Positions 47,889 to 58,050 of a stretch of 64,000 nt of DNA are shown here, piece after piece (position 1 is the stretch's first letter; each line of letters starts with the position of its first letter). Below the pieces are notes generated by a model. It was given only the letters and a program-made list of their open reading frames with translations, ran no database searches and was not told the origin of the DNA. The position numbers and the translations under genes were made by a program. This DNA comes from a virus (Duplodnaviria > Caudoviricetes): IMG/VR virus record IMGVR_UViG_3300020049_002596, positions 1 through 64,000 of that record. The stretch is one strand, 5' to 3'.

Positions 47889-48815
47889 ATGAGGTATATA
47901 TGTGCACAACCTGCTTCTAATTTCTACACATGGCAAGTAGAAGTGGTCATAAATAATTTTAAAAAACAGGGTGTCAATCCTAATAAAATTGACATCCTTT
48001 GTGCAATAAATGATAATGTAGTTCCTGAAGAATGGAGAAAATTACAAAATCATTACAATACAGTTAGGTTCTTTTTTTACAATGATACTAGAGCAGATAA
48101 AAGTTACATACCTTCTATCTACTTTAATCTTATGAGTAGCCACATGAAAGCTAACCCAGACTTAATAGGTCAAAGGTTATTTTTACATGATAGTGATATA
48201 ATTTTCACAAGGCCTCCAGAACTTAATTGGGCAATGTTAGGACAAGTTTGGTATCTAAGTGATACTAACTCTTACATCAATTATGATTACATACAACAAA
48301 AAGGTAATCATGTTTATGAAGATATGTGTAGCATTGTAGGTATAGATAAACTAATACCTAAATTAATGAACAGTCATTCAGGAGGTGCCCAGTATATTAC
48401 TATTGGAGAATCTTCTGAGTTTTGGGATAAAGTGGAGAGTGATAGTGTCAAACTTTATTCTTACTTTTGTAAAACAGAACATCTGTATATTAAAAAACAT
48501 GGAGGAGATTATCCAATACAAAAATGGACAGCAGGAATGTGGTCCCTTCTTTGGAATATCTGGTTAAGAGGATATGAAACAAGAGTAGACTCTAGACTTG
48601 ATTTTGGATGGAGTACTGATCATATTTCTTCAGTAGAAAAATATTGGATACTACACAATGCAGGTGTAGCTCCAACAGATTTAGGTTTATTCTTTAAAGG
48701 TAATTATACACAGGAGTTACCCTATAATAAAGAGTTAAATCTTAATGAACAAAGAGCCAGTTTCTATTATTGGAAAGAGGTGCAAGAAACAAGTAAACAA
48801 ACAATACTAATATAG
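47889..48815 (+). CDS. GT-A glycosyltransferase resembling plant peptide O-glycosyltransferases (HPAT/SGT1-like)
   Basis: YTWQVEV near the N-terminus, DSD (DxD) motif, GGAQY, KWTAGMW, late ILH. Confidence 0.7.
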   Translation: MRYICAQPASNFYTWQVEVVINNFKKQGVNPNKIDILCAINDNVVPEEWRKLQNHYNTVRFFFYNDTRADKSYIPSIYFNLMSSHMKANPDLIGQRLFLHDSDIIFTRPPELNWAMLGQVWYLSDTNSYINYDYIQQKGNHVYEDMCSIVGIDKLIPKLMNSHSGGAQYITIGESSEFWDKVESDSVKLYSYFCKTEHLYIKKHGGDYPIQKWTAGMWSLLWNIWLRGYETRVDSRLDFGWSTDHISSVEKYWILHNAGVAPTDLGLFFKGNYTQELPYNKELNLNEQRASFYYWKEVQETSKQTILI

Positions 48816-48828
48816 TAAGACTGAGACC

Positions 48829-49356
48829 ATGCAAGAATTACAAAAAATTAAGAGAGACATTGCTTGGCTTATTGAGCAAACTAAATGTCTTACCCAAGAG
48901 AGTAACTTAGAGTCTCCTTTGGTAGCTACTGAGTGGTCTCCTAATCATTCTGTAGGTACAGGTAATCCTTACATCTTAGATTGTTTTGTGTGGTATCAGG
49001 GTAATGTTTATAAGAGTCTTATGGATGATAATATTTATCCTCCTACTAATGACTGTTATTGGACAAATTTAGGTCCAGGACATTTACTATTAGAAGAGCA
49101 ATCTGATTGGAATGCTACTACTGGTAGACCTTTTATTAGAAACAAACCACTAATCATTAATGATAAAACTTATGTTCACAACCAAGTTGTAGCATCTAGT
49201 ACTTGGTTAGTAACACATAATCTAAACAAATATCCTTCAGTTTCTATAGTGGATTCTGGAGAAAACTTAGTTGTAGGAGATATACACTATATTGATTTAA
49301 ACAATATTTTAATTACCTTTACATCTACTTTTTCAGGGAAAGCATACTTTAACTAA
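48829..49356 (+). CDS. Tail-associated protein with CBM5/12-like motif
   Basis: W...VWYQGNVYKS...PP...W; C-terminal HNLNKYPSV domain. Confidence 0.6.
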   Translation: MQELQKIKRDIAWLIEQTKCLTQESNLESPLVATEWSPNHSVGTGNPYILDCFVWYQGNVYKSLMDDNIYPPTNDCYWTNLGPGHLLLEEQSDWNATTGRPFIRNKPLIINDKTYVHNQVVASSTWLVTHNLNKYPSVSIVDSGENLVVGDIHYIDLNNILITFTSTFSGKAYFN

Positions 49357-49370
49357 AAAACAACACTATC

Positions 49371-50762
49371 ATGATTTATTTAAGTAATCTTAATCTAAGC
49401 AAGAACCAATTACAGAATGCTGTAATTCATCCTTTAGGGACAGCACCAGCTAGTCCAGTAGAAGGGCAACTTTATTACAACTCTACTGCAGGAGTGAAAA
49501 TGCTATATGTCTATAATGGAACTGCTTGGGTACCTGTGGGAGACATAACAACTATCTCTTCTACAGAGTCTAGATTAATTGTAACTAATGGTACTACAGG
49601 AGATGTATCTTTATCTTTAGACATTGCAACAGTAGTGGCTAATGGAGGTACAGGACTTGTTACTGCAGATTTATTGTATGACTATGTAGCTGGATTAGAT
49701 GCTGTCTATTCTATCACTGCAGGTCCTGGTATATCTATTACAGGTACAAGTACAGATCCTATTATTAACAATACTGATTTAGGTTCTTCTCAAGCTATCT
49801 TTAAAAATGTGGCAGTAGCAGGACAAACTACAGTTGTTGCAGATAGTAATAATGATACTCTTACAATAGCAGCAGGAGGTAATGTAACTATTACAACTAA
49901 TGCTACTACAGATACTGTTACCATCTCTTCAACAGATACTAATACTACTTATGATTTAGTTGCTGATGTAACTGCTGGAGGAGCTGTTATTCTTTTAAAT
50001 GGTAGTGACTCATCTCAAGATGCAGTAAAAATACTTGGTACTTCTAATGAGGTAGAAGTAACTAGATCAGGAAATGATATCACAGTAGGTTTACCAAACA
50101 ATGTTGTAATTGCAGGTAACTTAACAGTTATTGGGACAACTACTACAAACAATGTAGAAACTGTATCTACATCTAATGGTGTTATTTTTGAAGGAAATGC
50201 TGCTGATGCTAATGAGTTAACTTTGATAGCAGGTACTTTAACTGCTGATCAAACTATTACTTTACCAGATGCAACAGGTACAATAGCCTTATTGACTAAC
50301 ATTGGTAATGGTACTCTTACTGTTACTGCAGGTACTTTAATGTCAGGTGGAGGTTCTTTTACAGCTAACCAAGCAGGTAACAGTTCTGTAACAATTAACC
50401 ATGCTGCTGTATCAAGAACAAATAATACTAGTTCTGCTTCTCCAGGAGTTGGAGGTAGTTTCACAGTTATTGACACTGTAACAACTTCAGCTGAAGGACA
50501 CATCACAGCAGTTAATACTAAAACAGTTACTTTACCAGCTAATAGTGCTACTTCTTATGCTACTACAATTTCTGTATCAGGAACTATCACACATAGTTTA
50601 AGTACAAAAGATGTCATAGTACAATTATATGACACAGTAACAAATGAAACAGTTTATGCTGATGTAGTGAGAGTAAATACAGCTCCTTACAATACAGTAA
50701 CAGTTACTTTTGGAAATGCACCAGCAAATCCAATTAGAGTTTTAGTTTCTAAAATAGGATAA
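49371..50762 (+). CDS. Tail fibre/structural protein
   Basis: T/G/A/N-rich beta repeats, EGQLYYNST, C-terminal HSLSTKDV domain. Confidence 0.7.
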   Translation: MIYLSNLNLSKNQLQNAVIHPLGTAPASPVEGQLYYNSTAGVKMLYVYNGTAWVPVGDITTISSTESRLIVTNGTTGDVSLSLDIATVVANGGTGLVTADLLYDYVAGLDAVYSITAGPGISITGTSTDPIINNTDLGSSQAIFKNVAVAGQTTVVADSNNDTLTIAAGGNVTITTNATTDTVTISSTDTNTTYDLVADVTAGGAVILLNGSDSSQDAVKILGTSNEVEVTRSGNDITVGLPNNVVIAGNLTVIGTTTTNNVETVSTSNGVIFEGNAADANELTLIAGTLTADQTITLPDATGTIALLTNIGNGTLTVTAGTLMSGGGSFTANQAGNSSVTINHAAVSRTNNTSSASPGVGGSFTVIDTVTTSAEGHITAVNTKTVTLPANSATSYATTISVSGTITHSLSTKDVIVQLYDTVTNETVYADVVRVNTAPYNTVTVTFGNAPANPIRVLVSKIG

Positions 50763-50787
50763 TACATCCTTAAATTAATAGATTGAT

Positions 50788-53700
50788 ATGTCTCAAAAAT
50801 TTAAAAGTGAAGTAGAACTTCAAGCTTTAAATGCTGCTACCACAGATACTGATAAATTCTTAGTATCTGATGGTGGCATCATTAAGTTTAGAACAGGGGC
50901 TGAGATGTTATCTGACTTAGGTGTGGCACCTGGAGTAGCCTCTAATATTCAACATCAAGTAAAAGCAGGAGTAGCAATAAATAAAGGACAAGCAGTATAT
51001 GTATCTTCAGCAGATGGTACTAATATGATTGTGTCTTTGGCATCTAATGCTGCAGAAGCAACCTCATCAAAAACAATGGGGTTATTGGCATCTACTGTTG
51101 CTATAAATGGTTTTGCTAATGTTATAGTTGAAGGTTTACTTGCAGGACTAAACACATCTACTGCTACAGCAGGAGACCCTGTTTGGTTAGGTACTGGAGG
51201 TAATCTTATTTATGGTTTAGTAAACAAACCTTATGCACCAGCTCACTTAGTTTTTATTGGTATTGTTACCAGAGTTAATGCCAACAATGGAGAAATCTTT
51301 GTAAAAGTTCAGAATGGATTTGAACTTGATGAATTACATGATGTAGACTTAAAAAGTCTAACTCCTGTTAGTGGACATATCTTAGGGTTTAATGGGAACC
51401 TGTGGGTTAATAAAACTATTGCAGCTTGGTTAGGATATACACCACAAGTTCAACTTAATGGGACTGGATTTGTAAAAGCATCTGGAACTACAATTACTTA
51501 TGATAATACATCTTATTATCCATCTTCAAACCCTAATGGGTATATATCTTCTTATTCAGAGACAGATACTTTACAAAGTGTAGTCAATAGAGGAGCAAGT
51601 AGCTCAACACAAATAACTTTGTCAGGAGCTGGAAATAATTCTACAACCTATTCTTCTTTAAGATTTGCAGGATACAACCAAGGAGGAGGAGTTGGATACC
51701 ATGGTTTCTTTGAGATTCAAAACACTTATGGTTCTGTAACTAATGGTAAAAAGTTTTTTAGAATAGATGGAAGTGGTACTTTACAAATTATCAACAGTGC
51801 TTATACAAATAACATCTTTAATCTTACTGATGCTGGAGATTTAACAACAACTAAGTTTATAAAATCAGGAGGAACTGCTGCTCAAATATTAGCTGCAGAT
51901 GGTTCTGTAATTACAGCAGGTTCAAATATTACTATAAGTGGAGGAGTAATATCTTCTACAGGAGGTGCAGCTTATACTCATCCTGCTTACACAGCAAGAA
52001 ATATAGATACATCAGGAGCACAAGTAATTGATATAATTACATCAGATGCCATAGGTAGTATAACAAATATTACAACAAGGAATTTAACTCCAGGTGACAT
52101 AGGTGCTCAACCAGCAGGAAGTTATTTGACTTCTGAAACAGATACATTACAAAGTGTAACTAATAGGGGGGCTACGACTAATTTAGCCATAACTTCTCCT
52201 AACTATGTATTTACTGGAGCTAGTAGTGGTGCGGTTGGATTGGTAACATCGACAAGTTCTTTTGGAACACGAAGCTCAGATGGTACAACATACGGATATG
52301 GTATTAGTACAAATATAAATGGAGGATTAGATATAATGGCTAATCAGTCAGGCCAGCCTATAAGATTTTGGGCAGGTACAACAAATGTTAGCCCTATACA
52401 ACGTATGATTATATCTGCTGGTGATGTTACAGCAACAGATTCATTTAGATCTCCTATATTCTATGATTCAAATAATACTGGTTACTATGTAGACCCTAAT
52501 AATACAAGTAATTTAAATATAGTTAGAGCTGCAAATAGACTAACTGGGGCTTGGATTGGTGTAGATAATACAAGTGCAACTAGTGGTAATGGTATTTCAT
52601 TATATAATGGCTCTGCTGCTGGTCAACCTACTTATGGGATAATGTTTGCAGGGACTGCTACTTTTGGAACTCATGGTTCTGTAACCTCAGATTGGGCTAC
52701 TTATTTAACTATGAGTGACACTACAACTAGAGGTTGGATATTTAAAAGAGGTACAACTAATGTTGCTTCTATTTCAGGTACAGGAATACTTACAGTAAAT
52801 GGAGATGTAAGAGCTCCAATTTTTTATGACTCAAATAACACAGGTTATTATTGTGACCCTACTAGTACTTCTAACTTAGTTGGATTAACAGTAGCTAATA
52901 CTATTTCAGGTAACATAACAGGTAACTCAGGCACTGTATCAAGTATAACTGGCAATACAGGATTGATGGTAAATTCTTTAGCGGCTCCTGCACTAATTGA
53001 TGGTTTAACTACTGCTAATTTTAGAAGTACTTTATTTGGGACTACGTCTAATGGTTACCAAATATCAACTGCTAGATGGAATAATGTACCAGCACCTTTA
53101 GGAGGTCTAGGGGCTTATGGTACTATGCTTTCTTGGTCAGGTAGTGATACACATGGTTTTATAGCTATGGACTATTCTGCAGCTGCCCTTAGAGTTGGAG
53201 GAGGAAATGCAAACAATATTAACTGGACTAGACAAGTAATTATAGAAGATGCTTGGGTAAATAGTAAGTATCTTGCATCAGATGGAAGAATTTACGGCAC
53301 TATATTTTATGATGCAAATGATTCTACATATTGGGTAGATCCTGCTGGTTCAACAACTTCTGCAAATTTTCTTTCTAAGATAACTATACAAGGAGGTTCT
53401 AATAGTGCAACAACTATGATGCAAGTTGTCAATAATTATGGAAATCCTTCTTTAAGTTCTTATTATGGTATTTTACATAGCTCTAGTGCTTTTTATGCTG
53501 GAAACCCTACAGGTACAGCTTATGCTGTATATGGTTCTGATGCTCAGTTTTATACTTACTATGATAGAAATAATACTGCTTATTACTTTGATGGTAGTAA
53601 CACAGGAGATTCTATTAGAGTTGCAGGAGACATTGTAGCTTACTATTCTGATGATAGATTAAAAGATAGAAAAGGAAACATTGAAAATGCATTAGAAAAA

Positions 53701-53961
53701 GTTTTATCTTTGAATGGTTTTTACTATGAGGCAAATCAAAAAGCTCAAGAGTTAGGCTACAAAAAGAAAATGGAAGTAGGGGTATCTGCTCAAGAAGTAG
53801 AAGCTATTCTTCCTGAGTTAATTAAGGATGCTCCAATAGGACAGGGGTATAAAACTCTTGACTATGGTAGATTAACTCCTTTGTTGATTGAAGCTATTAA
53901 AGACCAACAAAAACAAATTGAAGAATTAAAAGAATTAGTAAATAAATTAACCACTAAATAA
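50788..53961 (+). CDS. Tail fibre with C-terminal peptidase S74 autocleaving chaperone
   Basis: YSDDRLK...GVSAQEV...LIEAIKDQQKQIEELK; internal repeats. Confidence 0.88.
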   Translation: MSQKFKSEVELQALNAATTDTDKFLVSDGGIIKFRTGAEMLSDLGVAPGVASNIQHQVKAGVAINKGQAVYVSSADGTNMIVSLASNAAEATSSKTMGLLASTVAINGFANVIVEGLLAGLNTSTATAGDPVWLGTGGNLIYGLVNKPYAPAHLVFIGIVTRVNANNGEIFVKVQNGFELDELHDVDLKSLTPVSGHILGFNGNLWVNKTIAAWLGYTPQVQLNGTGFVKASGTTITYDNTSYYPSSNPNGYISSYSETDTLQSVVNRGASSSTQITLSGAGNNSTTYSSLRFAGYNQGGGVGYHGFFEIQNTYGSVTNGKKFFRIDGSGTLQIINSAYTNNIFNLTDAGDLTTTKFIKSGGTAAQILAADGSVITAGSNITISGGVISSTGGAAYTHPAYTARNIDTSGAQVIDIITSDAIGSITNITTRNLTPGDIGAQPAGSYLTSETDTLQSVTNRGATTNLAITSPNYVFTGASSGAVGLVTSTSSFGTRSSDGTTYGYGISTNINGGLDIMANQSGQPIRFWAGTTNVSPIQRMIISAGDVTATDSFRSPIFYDSNNTGYYVDPNNTSNLNIVRAANRLTGAWIGVDNTSATSGNGISLYNGSAAGQPTYGIMFAGTATFGTHGSVTSDWATYLTMSDTTTRGWIFKRGTTNVASISGTGILTVNGDVRAPIFYDSNNTGYYCDPTSTSNLVGLTVANTISGNITGNSGTVSSITGNTGLMVNSLAAPALIDGLTTANFRSTLFGTTSNGYQISTARWNNVPAPLGGLGAYGTMLSWSGSDTHGFIAMDYSAAALRVGGGNANNINWTRQVIIEDAWVNSKYLASDGRIYGTIFYDANDSTYWVDPAGSTTSANFLSKITIQGGSNSATTMMQVVNNYGNPSLSSYYGILHSSSAFYAGNPTGTAYAVYGSDAQFYTYYDRNNTAYYFDGSNTGDSIRVAGDIVAYYSDDRLKDRKGNIENALEKVLSLNGFYYEANQKAQELGYKKKMEVGVSAQEVEAILPELIKDAPIGQGYKTLDYGRLTPLLIEAIKDQQKQIEELKELVNKLTTK

Positions 53962-53968
53962 AAACAAG

Positions 53969-54331
53969 ATGGAATATACTTGGAAAATTACAGGAATGAA
54001 AACAGTTGACGCTAATGATGTCAAAGATGCTGTAGTCCAAACTTATTGGACAAAAACAGGAGTTGATAAAGAAGGTAATGAAGGTACTTTTACTGGAGCT
54101 ACACCTTTTACTCCAGCTTCTATAAATACTGAAAACTTTATCCCTTTTGAAAAACTAACAGAAGAGATAGTTTTAGGTTGGATTAAAGCTGTTGTAGTAG
54201 GTTCTTATGAAGAGCATGTTAATGCACAAATCCAAAAACAAATTGATCTTAAAGTTGTCAAAGAAGCTACTATGCCTTGGGCACCTGAAGTAGTAGAACC
54301 TATTGAGCCTACTGAACCTATAGTACAATAA
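53969..54331 (+). CDS. Tail-fibre-associated protein
   Basis: YTWKI...FIPFEKLTEEIVLGW...MPW; follows the fibre gene. Confidence 0.55.
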   Translation: MEYTWKITGMKTVDANDVKDAVVQTYWTKTGVDKEGNEGTFTGATPFTPASINTENFIPFEKLTEEIVLGWIKAVVVGSYEEHVNAQIQKQIDLKVVKEATMPWAPEVVEPIEPTEPIVQ

Positions 54332-54337
54332 TAAGTC

Positions 54338-54760
54338 ATGGCAATCCCTTCAGATGGTTTAATAAATCTTACTATGATAGCTTTAGAGTTAGGTTATGCA
54401 CAACCTTATTCTTTAGCTTCTATGTCAATTTCTGCAGGCTTTTCTTCTCCTTACAGTATGAGTGCTTTTAGAGGCTACTCTGCTGGAGGAGGGGGAGGAT
54501 ATGAACTAATTTACCCTATGGTAATATTAGGAGATCCTTGTAGAGAAGGAAGGTTTGTAGATATCTTTAGGGGACCAGATAATTATTGGTATTACTCTAC
54601 AGATGGAGGAGCTAACATGAATCTGCTTACAGGAGAAATTGTATATTTTTTCCAGTATGAGGATAGAGACACAGGAATGTTTTTGTATGAACTACATAGT
54701 TTTAGTAAAGAACTTGAAAGAGTCTTAGGTTCAGATTGGTCTTATTGTGGCATGTATTAG
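54338..54760 (+). CDS. Tail-fibre-associated protein
   Basis: MAIPSDG...MSAFRGYS N-terminal module. Confidence 0.5.
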   Translation: MAIPSDGLINLTMIALELGYAQPYSLASMSISAGFSSPYSMSAFRGYSAGGGGGYELIYPMVILGDPCREGRFVDIFRGPDNYWYYSTDGGANMNLLTGEIVYFFQYEDRDTGMFLYELHSFSKELERVLGSDWSYCGMY

Positions 54761-54835
54761 TATTCTATAAAAAACTTGTTTAAAATAAAACAAAATTTGT
54801 ACATTTGTAAATCATTTAACATAAAAAAAGAAAAT

Positions 54836-55102
54836 ATGGAAAGTCAAATTCAAGAAGTAAACAAAATCTCAGAAGAAGAATTGGAAAATGCAAGAGCATT
54901 GCAGAATATTATTGCTTCTACTCATCAGAAGATTGGAGATTTAGAATTAGCTAAAATGGATTTATTGTATGAAGCTAATACTCACAGAGAGAGTTTAAAA
55001 AAGTTAGGTGCAGATTTAGAGGCTAAGTATGGTAGGATATCAGTTAACTTGGGTACAGGAGAGTACTCTTTAATTCAAGAAGGAGATGGCAGTAAAATCT
55101 AA
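54836..55102 (+). CDS. Small coiled-coil protein
   Basis: Likely start MESQ; LEAKYGRISVNLGTGE. Confidence 0.6.
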   Translation: MESQIQEVNKISEEELENARALQNIIASTHQKIGDLELAKMDLLYEANTHRESLKKLGADLEAKYGRISVNLGTGEYSLIQEGDGSKI

Positions 55103-55223
55103 CTCAACAACTTTTGAGCCAAGACCAAAAGTAAAAAGACCAGGAGTACATGCTAAAAGCAAGACCTCTAAATTAAAAACCTCAAAAAGTTATAAAAAAC
55201 TTTATAAAGGACAAGGAAGATAA
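55086..55223 (+). CDS. 45-aa highly basic protein
   Basis: Hand translation MAVKSNSTTFEPRPKVKRPGVHAKSKTSKLKTSKSYKKLYKGQGR*. Confidence 0.65.
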   Translation: MAVKSNSTTFEPRPKVKRPGVHAKSKTSKLKTSKSYKKLYKGQGR

Positions 55224-55258
55224 GTTATTTTTTAACTATTTTTGTAAGGACTTATGTT

Positions 55259-55843
55259 ATGGAAAAGTCAGTGAAGATTATATTAATATTAAAAGCAAGT
55301 GTTATGGAGTGGATAACCCTATACAGTAAGTATTTTTTTAAGCTAGGGCTTAGTTTAAAGACAATGGGATCTAGTCCCGCAGGCATTGTTACAGGCACCT
55401 CTTTGGTGGCTATCTCTGTTTTATCCTCAGTCCAGAAGGCACTGCTATTATTACTTTTATTTTTCATCCTGGATTTCATCACAGGTATCTTAGCTTCTTG
55501 GAAAGAGAAAAAAGAAAAAGAAAAAACCAAACCAGAACTTAAAGAAGAGTCCTTAATCTCTTCAGAAAAACTTAAACTTTCTGCTGTAAAAGCTTTTACC
55601 TATGCTAGTGCTATATTAGGAGTATGGGGAATAGAGAAAGTGTTTTTTATTAGAACTTTTAAGTTTGACAATGTCAGTACAGAAGGGTTAACTATCACTT
55701 TAATATTTGTTGGGTTTTGTTGTGCTATTGAGTTCTACTCAATTGTCTTTGAGAACTTTAAAAGAATGGGCTTTGATATAGCTAAGAGTTTTATCAACGT
55801 AGTTAAGAATGTAAAAAAGATTATCTTTCAAGTAGAAAAATAA
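55259..55843 (+). CDS. Holin (phage holin 4-like)
   Basis: Multiple TM segments, DFITGILAS, EFYSIVFENFKRMG; true start may be downstream. Confidence 0.7.
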   Translation: MEKSVKIILILKASVMEWITLYSKYFFKLGLSLKTMGSSPAGIVTGTSLVAISVLSSVQKALLLLLLFFILDFITGILASWKEKKEKEKTKPELKEESLISSEKLKLSAVKAFTYASAILGVWGIEKVFFIRTFKFDNVSTEGLTITLIFVGFCCAIEFYSIVFENFKRMGFDIAKSFINVVKNVKKIIFQVEK

Positions 55844-55865
55844 AATAATTCCATATCTTTGTGAT

Positions 55866-56576
55866 ATGGAATTATTAAATAAATTGACACAACCTTTTAG
55901 TAACTTGACTTTTGAAGAGAAAAAGCACAAGTACTTTGTAGAAGGTAAACCTATCAAGACTTCAGTCTCAGGTTTAATTTCAGAATTTTATGAGCACTTT
56001 GATGCTCAGTCAGTAGCTCCCTTCTCAGCTAGAAAGCTAGGAATAACTACAGAAGAAGTCCTAAAACAATGGGCTGACATAAATCAAGAATCTAGAGATA
56101 GAGGGCACAGAGTACATAACTTTGGAGAACTTTATCAATTTGACAGAAGCTTAAAACCTTCATGCCCACAAGAGGAAGCTATTGTTGCCTTCTGGAAAAG
56201 TTTACCAGAGCACATTATTCCAGTAGCTGCTGAACTCAGGATGTATCACTTCAAATATCTATTTGCAGGTACAGCAGACATCATCTTATTTGACACTAAA
56301 ACTCAGACATATATAATAGCAGATTACAAGACTAACAAAGACTTGTTTAAGAATTTCAAAGGTAAAACTATGTTGGCACCTTTTTCTGCTTTATTAGATT
56401 GTCCTTTGAATCACTATGTGGTACAACTCTCTTATTATCAAATACTTCTAGAGCAAATAGGAGTAAGGGTAAATAAGAGGGTCATTATATGGTTAGGGTT
56501 AGATGGTAAGTTCACCTGTATTAATACAGATGATGTAACAAGTATTCTAAAAGAAACTTTAAAACAACAACAATGA
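55866..56576 (+). CDS. PD-(D/E)XK nuclease
   Basis: GHRVH, E...AGTADI...DYKTN, QLSYY. Confidence 0.85.
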   Translation: MELLNKLTQPFSNLTFEEKKHKYFVEGKPIKTSVSGLISEFYEHFDAQSVAPFSARKLGITTEEVLKQWADINQESRDRGHRVHNFGELYQFDRSLKPSCPQEEAIVAFWKSLPEHIIPVAAELRMYHFKYLFAGTADIILFDTKTQTYIIADYKTNKDLFKNFKGKTMLAPFSALLDCPLNHYVVQLSYYQILLEQIGVRVNKRVIIWLGLDGKFTCINTDDVTSILKETLKQQQ

Positions 56577-57280
56577 GAATATCTGAAGTAATAGAAAGAA
56601 TTCAGTCTCTTTATTCTAGAGGGGTTTCTAGTGATGAGTCTAGGCTATCTGACAGACATGTTTATAACAAAGCATTATCTGTAAGAATGCAACTTCTTTC
56701 TCAGCAATTAAAAAAGAAACAAAGATTAAGTGATTGGAACTATACAGTTATGCCTTGTGTAGAATTGATAAAAGTTCCAAATCATGAGTGTCCTTGTCTA
56801 GGAGATTTAGGTTGTGATGTTTACAGAACTAAATTTAAGATTCCTAGAATAATGACAGACTCTAATAGACACTACATTGAATATGTTATGTCTGTAGAAA
56901 ATGGAATGAGAATAGAAGAAATCACAAGACAAGGTGTTCTATATTTAAAAGGTAACAAGTACACAGGGCTTAAGCCTAAATACTTATTTGAGAATGGTTA
57001 TTTATACTTTCCTTTAAAGAAAAATCCAGGAATAGTAAAGATTAAACTTCTTGCTGAAGATCCCTTAGAAGCACATCATTACCCTTCTATTTGTGAAGAG
57101 TGTCCTGAGTGTTTAGATTGTTTAGCAACTCCTGATCATTCTTTTGATATTGATGGAGACTTAATTGAGCCTTTAATTGATATCTGTGTTCAAGAAATTA
57201 TTGTTATCTTTGGGCAAAAGAAAGAAGATAGAGTTAGTAACTCAAGAGACATTCAAAGACCTGAAGGAAGTAATAGATAA
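56573..57280 (+). CDS. Tail ring-like structural protein
   Basis: Position in the crAss-like tail block; Cys clusters. Confidence 0.55.
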   Translation: MRISEVIERIQSLYSRGVSSDESRLSDRHVYNKALSVRMQLLSQQLKKKQRLSDWNYTVMPCVELIKVPNHECPCLGDLGCDVYRTKFKIPRIMTDSNRHYIEYVMSVENGMRIEEITRQGVLYLKGNKYTGLKPKYLFENGYLYFPLKKNPGIVKIKLLAEDPLEAHHYPSICEECPECLDCLATPDHSFDIDGDLIEPLIDICVQEIIVIFGQKKEDRVSNSRDIQRPEGSNR

Positions 57281-57753
57281 TGCAAAAGACTAATTTAAAC
57301 ATAAGAAGTTCTTACAAGAGGTATTCCAAAGAAAGTGAAAACCCTATAGAACTGAATCCTTTTCTTGAAATAGCTAATGGCTATATGGAATTTTTGATGA
57401 AGAAAGTAGTTGAGGGAGAGGAAGTAACTATGCCAGTAAAACTAGGAACTCTTTTTATACAAGGAGTAAAAAAGAAATTGGCATTTAATAAAGATGGTGT
57501 ACCATTGCTTCCACCTAATTGGGGTGAGACTAAAAAGCTGTGGGATAGAAACCCTGAAGCAAAGGCTACAAAGAAAATAGTCTATTGCCTTAATGAAGAA
57601 ACTGATGGAGTAGTTTATAAGCTGCATTGGTCTAAGAATAGAGTCCCAATAGAGAATAAACTTTATTACAATTTTATCTTAACCAGAGATAATAAAAGGA
57701 CTATCAACAAGCAAATAAAACAAGGTAAAGAATATTTAATTAAATCCCAATAA
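57280..57753 (+). CDS. IHF-like protein (crAss-type)
   Basis: MPVKLGTLFI, PNWGETKKLW. Confidence 0.6.
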   Translation: MQKTNLNIRSSYKRYSKESENPIELNPFLEIANGYMEFLMKKVVEGEEVTMPVKLGTLFIQGVKKKLAFNKDGVPLLPPNWGETKKLWDRNPEAKATKKIVYCLNEETDGVVYKLHWSKNRVPIENKLYYNFILTRDNKRTINKQIKQGKEYLIKSQ

Positions 57754-57754
57754 T

Positions 57755-58030
57755 ATGGCAACAGAATTATTAAAATCAGCAAGTCTTGAAAAGAAAAAAG
57801 ACTTTGTTCTTCCTAAAGGAGGAACTATTATTAGTAAAGAAGTAAGATTAAATGTAGAAGAAATTGAAAATGGTTTCCTACTTAGAAAGTCTTATGACAT
57901 TAAATGGACTAATGCAGAATCTGAAAATAGCAATTATGAATACTTTACAAGAACTTGGTTCTCTAAAGATAATCCAATTGAAATTAATATGCCTGAAGAT
58001 TCAAAATCATTAGCAGACAAATTAGACTAA
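57755..58030 (+). CDS. Hypothetical protein
   Basis: VEEIENGFLL. Confidence 0.6.
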   Translation: MATELLKSASLEKKKDFVLPKGGTIISKEVRLNVEEIENGFLLRKSYDIKWTNAESENSNYEYFTRTWFSKDNPIEINMPEDSKSLADKLD

Positions 58031-58050
58031 CCAATTAAAAATAGAATAAG

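Noticed and set aside
50788-53961. Diversity-generating retroelement target
   Set aside because: No reverse transcriptase in the window; repeats differ at synonymous positions rather than adenine-specifically
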